Source: Formosa sp. Hel1_33_131 (GTDB lineage: Bacteria; Bacteroidota; Bacteroidia; Flavobacteriales; Flavobacteriaceae). From it: a DNA stretch of 32,000 nucleotides. The first letter of the stretch is position 1, and each line of letters starts with the position of its first letter. The notes under the pieces were generated by a model. That model had not been told where the DNA came from and made no database searches. It saw only the letters and a list, made by a program, of their open reading frames with translations. The DNA is taken from the NCBI RefSeq assembly GCF_001735745.1, contig NZ_CP017260.1, positions 1,650,001 to 1,682,000 of the forward strand, written 5' to 3'. The position numbers and the translations under genes are program-made. This document shows, one piece after another, positions 1 to 5,581 of this stretch.

Positions 1-317
1 CGGATGGGATTCCATTTCCAGACTACGATCCAACACTTGCAAAAGAGTTGCTAAGACAAGAAAAATTTGATTCTTATATGCTATGGAATGCCGTAGGAGG
101 GAAGTCTTGGAAAGTGGGTAACAAGTACATCAGTCTGTTTGTAAGTTTAAACAACATTTTGAATACCCAATTTAAAACGGGTGGATTCGAGCAAGGGCGT
201 AACGCTAATTTTCAATCTTTAAAAGAAGATACGAGTGCCCCAAAACGACGTTTTGGACCGAAATACTGGTTTGGTCGTGGGACCACTTACTTCATAAACC
301 TTAATCTTAGATTCTAA
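1..317 (+). CDS. TonB-dependent receptor, C-terminal fragment (5' end lies outside the window)
   Basis: Frame 3 is open from the window edge to TAA at 315-317. The tail ...GRGTTYFINLNLRF ends in Phe after alternating hydrophobic positions, typical of the last strand of an outer-membrane beta-barrel. A lipoprotein gene follows 21 nt downstream, as in Bacteroidota TBDR/lipoprotein pairs. Confidence 0.6.
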   Translation, partial: DGIPFPDYDPTLAKELLRQEKFDSYMLWNAVGGKSWKVGNKYISLFVSLNNILNTQFKTGGFEQGRNANFQSLKEDTSAPKRRFGPKYWFGRGTTYFINLNLRF

Positions 318-338
318 TAACACAAAAAATATAAACAC

Positions 339-1754
339 ATGAAAACAATTAATTTCAAAAACTATCTACGAGCACTCTTCGCGAGTGTTGCTATTGTGTC
401 TTGTGTACAAGACGACGATTTTTCGGTCCCAGAAAGTTTAGGGGATGAAGAAAACAAAAATTTAAAGACTCTTTTAGAGCGCATTGAAACTGGACACGTC
501 CAGTTAATTACAATCGAACAATTAAAAAGTCAGTTTTACTCAGGAGAAGATGCCACTTTAATTTCTTCAGAAATAGCCATTAAAGGCTTTGTTTCTTCAT
601 CGGATTTAACAGGGAATTTTTATAAAGAATTTTTTATTCAAAATTCAACAGAAAATGCAACAGATGCAATTAAAATCTCATTAAATCAAGTCAATTCATA
701 CAATCGGTTTAATAAGGGTAGAGAAATTTATATTTACTTAAAAGGATTGTTTTTAGGAGAGGTAAAAAGCGGAGATGGTGTATATACGATTGGAGGAAAT
801 ACTAAGGACGGTGAAGTTGAGACCTTGACCTCAAACAGGTATCCATCTCATATTTTTAGATCTGCAAGTACAGAAATGATTATTCCAAAATCAGTGTCCA
901 TACTTGAAAGCAAGGATATAGGGGTTTTCGTTACTTTCGACAAGGTCGAGTTTCCAATCAGCTCTGTAGGTCAGCCTTTTGTTGATCCAGCAGATGATTA
1001 TGACAGTCATAAAAACGTTCAACGTTGTTCAGGCTTTTCGTATTACAATTTTATATTAGAAACGAGTTCATTTGCAAGTTTTAAGAACGAAGTTATAACT
1101 GATGGAGGCGGCTCCATTTCTGGGATTGTGTCTAAAACCTACAACGGTTCAGAATTGGTTTTAGTTTTAAATACTACAGAGGATGTAGAATTAAATTCAT
1201 CTCGTTGTACTCTATCAGATTCGAATGAGTTTTCAGTTATTTTTGAAGATGATTTTGAGTCCTATCCAAATAATTCGTCAATAACGGGTGTTTGGAACAA
1301 TTTTATAGAAGCCGGAAGCAAAAAATGGAAAATTAAAACAACAACTGACAGTCAAAATCAAGGAAGTAAAATCGCTCAAATAGGAGCCTATAATTCTGGA
1401 GACCCTTCTAATATTGCTTGGTTAATTTCGCCACCTATTAACTTGGACTCACAATCAATAGAGTTTATCAACTTTCAATCATCCAACAGTTTTAGTGACA
1501 ATAGCAATTTGGAATTGCTAATTTCAACAGACTGGAATGCCACCAACTCAGGAGTTATTTCAGCGACATGGTCAGCCCTGCCAGGAATTATAGTTTCGGA
1601 TTCAGAATCTTATCAGAACTGGATTGACTCTAGCTATATAGATTTAAGTGCTTATTCTGGAACGGCCTTTATTGCTTTTAAATACACTGGTGGGGGGACC
1701 AATAACAGTGGTACTTTTGAAATTGACAACTTTCAAGTCATCACTCAGAATTAG
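339..1754 (+). CDS. Surface lipoprotein partner of the TBDR; DUF5689-like N-terminal part and choice-of-anchor J / MAM-like C-terminal domain
   Basis: 471-aa ORF with a lipoprotein signal (..ASVAIVSC|VQDD). The C-terminal ~170 aa (FEDDFESY..WKIKTT..IAWLISPPINL..FIAFKYTGGG..FEIDNFQV) resembles choice-of-anchor J domains. The family name is from memory of the motifs, not a search. Confidence 0.6.
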   Translation: MKTINFKNYLRALFASVAIVSCVQDDDFSVPESLGDEENKNLKTLLERIETGHVQLITIEQLKSQFYSGEDATLISSEIAIKGFVSSSDLTGNFYKEFFIQNSTENATDAIKISLNQVNSYNRFNKGREIYIYLKGLFLGEVKSGDGVYTIGGNTKDGEVETLTSNRYPSHIFRSASTEMIIPKSVSILESKDIGVFVTFDKVEFPISSVGQPFVDPADDYDSHKNVQRCSGFSYYNFILETSSFASFKNEVITDGGGSISGIVSKTYNGSELVLVLNTTEDVELNSSRCTLSDSNEFSVIFEDDFESYPNNSSITGVWNNFIEAGSKKWKIKTTTDSQNQGSKIAQIGAYNSGDPSNIAWLISPPINLDSQSIEFINFQSSNSFSDNSNLELLISTDWNATNSGVISATWSALPGIIVSDSESYQNWIDSSYIDLSAYSGTAFIAFKYTGGGTNNSGTFEIDNFQVITQN

Positions 1755-1802
1755 TATTTTATATCTCAAAATAAGGGTTGAAATCACAGGGTTTTTTCTA
1801 TA

Positions 1803-2189
1803 TTGGCAACTATGAATTTTTTCAATCAACTTTATCTGACCGTTTTTAACCGTTTTAAAGGCCGTTACAAACAAAAAGCGAATACGATAGCCTTGTTCTA
1901 TACTTCGGTGTTACAAATCGCGCTGTTGTTTCTAGGTGGCGTGTTCTTTATTAAGTTCTTAGAACAAATGAAAGTTGTGGTCATGTCCAGTTCCAATACA
2001 TGGATTCTTTTTGTCTTGACAGCGGTGTTTATCCACTTTAAAAACTGGGTGAATTACAGCGGTCGCAAACGCCGTGTGTTAAACGCCAAACTGTCCAACA
2101 AAAAAGACTTGGGCTATTCCACGTTTATTCTTATTGTATTGCCCATCGCCATTATTGCCTTATCCGTTTTGTTTTATAAAGCGGTTTAA
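1803..2189 (+). CDS. Small integral membrane protein, unknown function
   Basis: 128-aa ORF with 3-4 hydrophobic helices separated by basic loops. The start may be the second Met (MNFF..). No family recognised. Confidence 0.5.
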   Translation: MATMNFFNQLYLTVFNRFKGRYKQKANTIALFYTSVLQIALLFLGGVFFIKFLEQMKVVVMSSSNTWILFVLTAVFIHFKNWVNYSGRKRRVLNAKLSNKKDLGYSTFILIVLPIAIIALSVLFYKAV

Positions 2190-2311
2190 ATAAAAAAAGC
2201 CCTTGCTACCGATTCCTATCGTGTGGCTTACAAAATTTATTTGGAACGCGAATGGATTGACTTCGTCGAATCTTCGATTTCGCGCACCAACAGCCGGGGG
2301 GCATAAATAGT

Positions 2312-2704
2312 TTAGTTTTCAATTTTTTGAAAAATTATAGTTTTCCCATCTGACTCGGGATTGTCTAATAATCGTAATACCTGATCTTCAAATTCGTATT
2401 TATAGTCCCTACTATCAACGGATAAAGAGTCATCTGAAATGATATTATAAGAATAAGAACCATTTTGGTTAAGAGGCAATAAATTGTTTAATGGAGTAAC
2501 TAATAATGTAACATCTATTGTATTGTCTGAGTTAAAGGTCCAAATGATGTCTCCATTATCGTAAGCATGTGGTTGTCCTAATCCTGGATGTAATGACATT
2601 AGCGACCAGCGACCAACCAAATCATTCGTTTCTTCTCTTGATTCCTCATTTCTATTACAGCTTGTAATAACAACCAGACTTAAAATTAAAAGTATTGTTT
2701 TCAT
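2312..2704 (-). CDS. Small lipoprotein, lipocalin-like domain
   Basis: 130 aa with signal MKTILLILSLVVITSC. The motif LVGRWSL followed by beta-rich repeats is typical of lipocalin-like lipoproteins. It shares its start region and 5' leader with the two upstream lipoprotein genes. Confidence 0.6.
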   Translation of the reverse strand: MKTILLILSLVVITSCNRNEESREETNDLVGRWSLMSLHPGLGQPHAYDNGDIIWTFNSDNTIDVTLLVTPLNNLLPLNQNGSYSYNIISDDSLSVDSRDYKYEFEDQVLRLLDNPESDGKTIIFQKIEN

Positions 2705-2788
2705 GATTTAAAAATTTAAAAGGTTAGAAAAGCCCTACAAATTTATTGCTCCGTAACTATTTCTTTAGTTGTTTTGGGTATTTTAACA
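2698..2788 (-). repeat. 91-nt conserved junction, copy 1: 3' end of one lipoprotein gene + stop + promoter + leader + ATG of the next
   Basis: tttcatgatttaaaaatttaaaaggttagaaaagccctacaaatttattgctccgtaactatttctttagttgttttgggtattttaaca matches 3280-3370 except for one extra A in the second copy. Confidence 0.9.
2738..2745 (-). promoter_or_regulatory. Bacteroidota -7 box TAAATTTG (TAnnTTTG) overlapping the stop codon of the upstream gene
   Basis: Minus-strand TAAATTTG lies 33 nt upstream of the ATG at 2704. Its TAA is the stop codon of the 2743..3195 gene. It is conserved inside the 91-nt junction repeat. Confidence 0.45.
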
Positions 2789-3195
2789 ATATGAAAAGGC
2801 TGAGTTATTACTGTACTAAAAAATTCTGTTTCCTGAGTTGATATGGTAATGTTATCTTCATTTTCTATTATGGTATTAATGACGACCTCCCAACCATTGC
2901 TTTTGATTTCTAAAAATACTGCAACAATCGAATAGGTTTCAAAATCAATATTAGTTTCAGGGAAAGTATCAGAAATATTGTTTACGGAGTCCATTTGATT
3001 CATAAGATTTTGCCATTCTGTTTGGTTATTAATCAGAAGGCTTGTTTGTGAGATGTTTTCAACACCATTTCCAAACAACGCTCCTTTACCAATTTCAGTA
3101 AAAGTAATTTCAGTAGATTGAAATGGCGTTTGAGGGTCACTATTATTACAACCTAAAGAAAGAAATAAGCTTAAAATTAGAGTTATTGTTTTCAT
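2743..3195 (-). CDS. PrcB C-terminal-domain-like lipoprotein (paralog A)
   Basis: 150 aa with lipobox LSLGC. The pattern IDFETYSIVAVF..NGWEVVINTI.. ..PFHIVKIP resembles the PrcB_C domain. The first 31 aa and last 14 aa are identical to the 3325..3774 product. Confidence 0.65.
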   Translation of the reverse strand: MKTITLILSLFLSLGCNNSDPQTPFQSTEITFTEIGKGALFGNGVENISQTSLLINNQTEWQNLMNQMDSVNNISDTFPETNIDFETYSIVAVFLEIKSNGWEVVINTIIENEDNITISTQETEFFSTVITQPFHIVKIPKTTKEIVTEQ

Positions 3196-3196
3196 G
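3107..3196 (-). repeat. 90-nt identical 5' coding block (signal peptide + first mature residues), copy 1
   Basis: atttcagtagattgaaatggcgtttgagggtcactattattacaacctaaagaaagaaataagcttaaaattagagttattgttttcatg is identical to 3686-3775. Confidence 0.9.
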
Positions 3197-3279
3197 TCTT
3201 TGTATTTATTGTTTCTAATTGGTCACATGTTACATCCATTTGATCATTTTCCTTGGGTATCAAGTTTTAGTTATGGACG
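3196..3279. mobile_element. 84-nt insertion flanked by a 6-bp direct duplication (TTTCAT = ATGAAA), candidate miniature element
   Basis: Uninterrupted junctions read gttttcat|gattt (2695-2710 and 3766-3780). Here the sequence is gttttcat[84 nt]tttcat|gattt. The 48-nt right part (3232-3279) recurs at 21474-21520. Confidence 0.45.
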
Positions 3280-3370
3280 TTTCATGATTTAAAAAATTTA
3301 AAAGGTTAGAAAAGCCCTACAAATTTATTGCTCCGTAACTATTTCTTTAGTTGTTTTGGGTATTTTAACA
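3280..3370 (-). repeat. Conserved junction, copy 2 (92 nt, one extra A)
   Basis: See 2698-2788. In this copy the leader's ATGAAA is followed by CGTCCATAA (mini-ORF MKRP*) rather than a lipoprotein ORF, because of the 84-nt insertion. Confidence 0.9.
3320..3327 (-). promoter_or_regulatory. -7 box TAAATTTG overlapping the stop of the 3325..3774 gene
   Basis: Same motif and context as 2738-2745. The 84-nt insertion plus its 6-bp duplication now places it 90 nt further from the 3195 start codon. Confidence 0.4.
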
Positions 3371-3774
3371 AAGTGATATGGGCGTGTAGGCATTTGTGTA
3401 GCATCTCCATTATTTAGTTTATCAATTACAACTACTATGTTTTCGGCATTTTCAGTGATAGAAACAATATCGATACTATGACCTCCAGTCGGTTGTGGCA
3501 TATCAAAAGCAGCAATAACGATATGCTCGTCAAAATTTACAATTGCTTCATCGGGTATTGCTGCTATTGACCAAACATCGGCAACAAAAGTATTCCATGA
3601 AGTTGAATTATCAAATGTTTCAATATGTCGTGTAGGATTGTAATTTCCGTTAAATAGTTCTCCTTTACTAATCAGTATTGGTGTTATTTCAGTAGATTGA
3701 AATGGCGTTTGAGGGTCACTATTATTACAACCTAAAGAAAGAAATAAGCTTAAAATTAGAGTTATTGTTTTCAT
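3325..3774 (-). CDS. PrcB C-terminal-domain-like lipoprotein (paralog B)
   Basis: 149 aa. VNFDEHIVIAAFDMPQPTGGHSIDIVSI..NIVVVI..PYHFVKIP matches the PrcB_C-type pattern (..F.G..tGG.si.i..v). Termini are identical to paralog A and the core is unrelated. Confidence 0.7.
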   Translation of the reverse strand: MKTITLILSLFLSLGCNNSDPQTPFQSTEITPILISKGELFNGNYNPTRHIETFDNSTSWNTFVADVWSIAAIPDEAIVNFDEHIVIAAFDMPQPTGGHSIDIVSITENAENIVVVIDKLNNGDATQMPTRPYHFVKIPKTTKEIVTEQ

Positions 3775-3775
3775 G
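3686..3775 (-). repeat. 90-nt identical 5' coding block, copy 2
   Basis: Identical to 3107-3196. Confidence 0.9.
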
Positions 3776-3801
3776 ATTTAAAAATTTAAAAGGTTAGGAT
3801 T

Positions 3802-3826
3802 AAAGCCCATGTATGTCATGGGCTTT
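3802..3826. terminator. Strong 10-bp hairpin between the orphan CTD ORF and the lipoprotein array
   Basis: aaagcccatg-tatgt-catgggcttt is a perfect 10-bp stem. There is no clean U-run on either strand, so it is terminator-like rather than canonical. Confidence 0.5.
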
Positions 3827-3833
3827 AAAAATA

Positions 3834-4058
3834 TTATTGTTTAATTAACGTTTTAGCATCAACAATTGTGCCATCACAGACCAACGCAACCGTGTAAAAC
3901 CCGTTGGAATAGCCGGAAAGGTTTAGGATTGTTTGGGTGCTTTCGGTATCTAAAACATAATTGTTAGACGTTCCATCTGAGCCGTACTGACCTATAACCA
4001 TTAGATAGGCAGAGGTTACCCCATTTAGGATATAACTCACTTGAATTTCATTAGTCAT
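3834..4058 (-). pseudogene. Orphan T9SS type A C-terminal sorting domain (probable 3' remnant of a secreted cargo gene)
   Basis: The 74-aa ORF is essentially only a Por-secretion-tail-like domain (..ILNLSGYSNGFYTVALVCDGTIVDAKTLIKQ). An in-frame TAA lies 5 codons upstream of the Met. There is no signal peptide or passenger domain. Confidence 0.45.
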
Positions 4059-4212
4059 AGAATACGTAGCGATTTAAATAGAATGTGGTAACGTGTGTGT
4101 ACCAAGAATTGATCTTGAATAAATAAAACAAAAAAAGACTCGAGATACGGGCCTTTTTTATGGGTTTATGTTAAAGTGTTTTTCTTATTTTTTTCAACAT
4201 TGTTATGTTGCG

Positions 4213-4713
4213 TTAATTGTAAATCAAAATCAATAAAATGGGGAACATAATTACTGAAATAACAAGTAAATGTAAATAATTTTTATCCTCTTTCAGTATC
4301 TTTTTTATAATTCTAAATGAAATAAACAAAACGAATATTTTACAAATTAATAATATCCACAGTTTATCTAAATCCTTTACAAAATCATAACACAATTCTA
4401 AATCATGAGTTTTACTGTATAGGAAGTTATATGTAAAATATAATTCAGAGATAAATCCTATTGAAATTAAGGAAACAAAAACATAGTTTAGATTTTTATT
4501 TATTGGTTTACAAAAAAGGTATATCCAATAAACAGCCATAACGAAAGTTAATTCTAATCCATATCGAACTACACTAAATAAATAGGCGTTTTCTAGACTA
4601 ACTTCGAAATAAGTATGAATAATTTTATTTGTGCTAACCGACATTATCACTAATGAAATTGAGCTAAACACAAAAGCAATAATTATAAATATAAATTTAA
4701 TCAGATATTTCAT
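4213..4713 (-). CDS. Polytopic membrane protein (about 5 TM helices), unknown family
   Basis: 166-aa ORF, very hydrophobic and AT-rich. Its start overlaps the upstream gene by 17 nt, suggesting translational coupling. Confidence 0.6.
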   Translation of the reverse strand: MKYLIKFIFIIIAFVFSSISLVIMSVSTNKIIHTYFEVSLENAYLFSVVRYGLELTFVMAVYWIYLFCKPINKNLNYVFVSLISIGFISELYFTYNFLYSKTHDLELCYDFVKDLDKLWILLICKIFVLFISFRIIKKILKEDKNYLHLLVISVIMFPILLILIYN

Positions 4714-5344
4714 TTAGCAACATTTGTTTTGATAGCCCTTTATAGCTATTTAAATCATTTATTAAGTCATCTAATAGAGCCTTAGAATTTGTATCAGAGA
4801 CATTGTTTTTTAGTGTTTTCAAAATGGATTCAACTTTATTTCCAAAATCAATGTCTAAAATAATTTCTCTAGGAGTAGTTTCATCTGATAGAAAGGATTT
4901 TATTTTAAGATCTGTTGTTGGAAGCATTTTTAAAATTGATATTCCAACAATAGTATTGAATTCAGTTTTATCTAAAGAAGCACTTAGAGCGTAATAAAAA
5001 TCAATATATTTTCTTCCTTTTTCTGAATTATGTAATAGACTTTTGAAATTATGTCTTAACGTATCGTCACCAATTAATCTTTGGGTTGCTTCATTCGTAT
5101 TAAATATATTAGATTCCCCATTATTAAGAATTTCATTTAATAAAACATCACCATTTTCATATAAACTTATATCTTCAATACTACTGTCAATAATATCTTC
5201 CTCCCTAAATTCACAGTGCCCACTTGTACATGCAAAGGATAAAAAAGGACATTCACCTGAAGAATTACCTTCACAAATTCCTATGTATTGACAGCTACCT
5301 TCGTCATAGTCTCTATTTAAAGAATTTTCACTAACTCTACTCAA
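4697..5344 (-). CDS. Cys-rich N-terminus / helical C-terminus hypothetical protein, no signal peptide
   Basis: 215 codons. The only possible start is TTG at 5344; there is no in-frame ATG or GTG until codon ~139. The N-terminus has a five-Cys cluster (GSCQYIGICEGNSSGECPFLSFACTSGHCEF). No family recognised. Confidence 0.5.
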   Translation of the reverse strand: MSRVSENSLNRDYDEGSCQYIGICEGNSSGECPFLSFACTSGHCEFREEDIIDSSIEDISLYENGDVLLNEILNNGESNIFNTNEATQRLIGDDTLRHNFKSLLHNSEKGRKYIDFYYALSASLDKTEFNTIVGISILKMLPTTDLKIKSFLSDETTPREIILDIDFGNKVESILKTLKNNVSDTNSKALLDDLINDLNSYKGLSKQMLLNEISD

Positions 5345-5415
5345 ATTTGTTTCATTTCTTAAATCATGAACTGTATTTAAATATTTTAACTTAGCATAAA
5401 AAGCAGGGAAATCAC

Positions 5416-5451
5416 CCTGCTGCGCAAAGTCTCCCTGCTGCGCAAAGTCTC
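5416..5451. repeat. Perfect tandem duplication of an 18-mer (cctgctgcgcaaagtctc x2)
   Basis: Units at 5416-5433 and 5434-5451 are identical. The unit contains the first 8 nt of the left arm of the inverted repeat below. Confidence 0.9.
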
Positions 5452-5564
5452 CCGACTTTGAGCTTATATAACTTTCATAACTTTTCCGTTAAAAATTCAT
5501 TTTAATACTTCATAATTTACATTTCATTTTATATTTTTTATGTTCTGCGAAGTCGGGAGACTTT
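5444..5564. repeat. 15-bp perfect inverted repeat (aaagtctcccgactt / aagtcgggagacttt) bracketing a 91-nt AT-rich segment
   Basis: The arms at 5444-5458 and 5550-5564 are exact reverse complements. They lie in the 237-nt gap between the 526-aa and 215-aa genes. Confidence 0.85.
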
Positions 5565-5581
5565 ACAGAGCTTGCGAGCTA

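Noticed and set aside
1644-1874. Minus-strand 76-aa ORF
   Set aside because: It overlaps the 3' end of the 471-aa lipoprotein gene and the 5' end of the membrane-protein gene, both better supported on the plus strand.
2190-2311. Hairpins between the convergent 1803..2189 and 2312..2704 genes (cgcgaa..ttcgcg; agcc..gggcttttttt on the minus strand)
   Set aside because: Probably a shared terminator region, but the stems are short or bulged and I could not settle on one structure. Not reported as a feature.
4125-4175. A-run/T-run pair (aaaaaaag..cttttttа-like) downstream of the 166-aa gene, considered as a terminator
   Set aside because: The only pairing is a 7-bp, almost pure A:T stem with a 15-nt loop. 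That is too weak to call from sequence alone.
4803-5291. Plus-strand ORFs 4803..4994 and 5043..5291
   Set aside because: Antisense to the 215-aa gene in AT-rich DNA. They are low-complexity Ser/Leu/Ile-rich products typical of shadow frames.
5416-5451. Direct repeats here and at 17646..17685 considered as CRISPR arrays
   Set aside because: There are only two abutting copies with no spacers, the units are 18-20 nt, and no cas genes are present.
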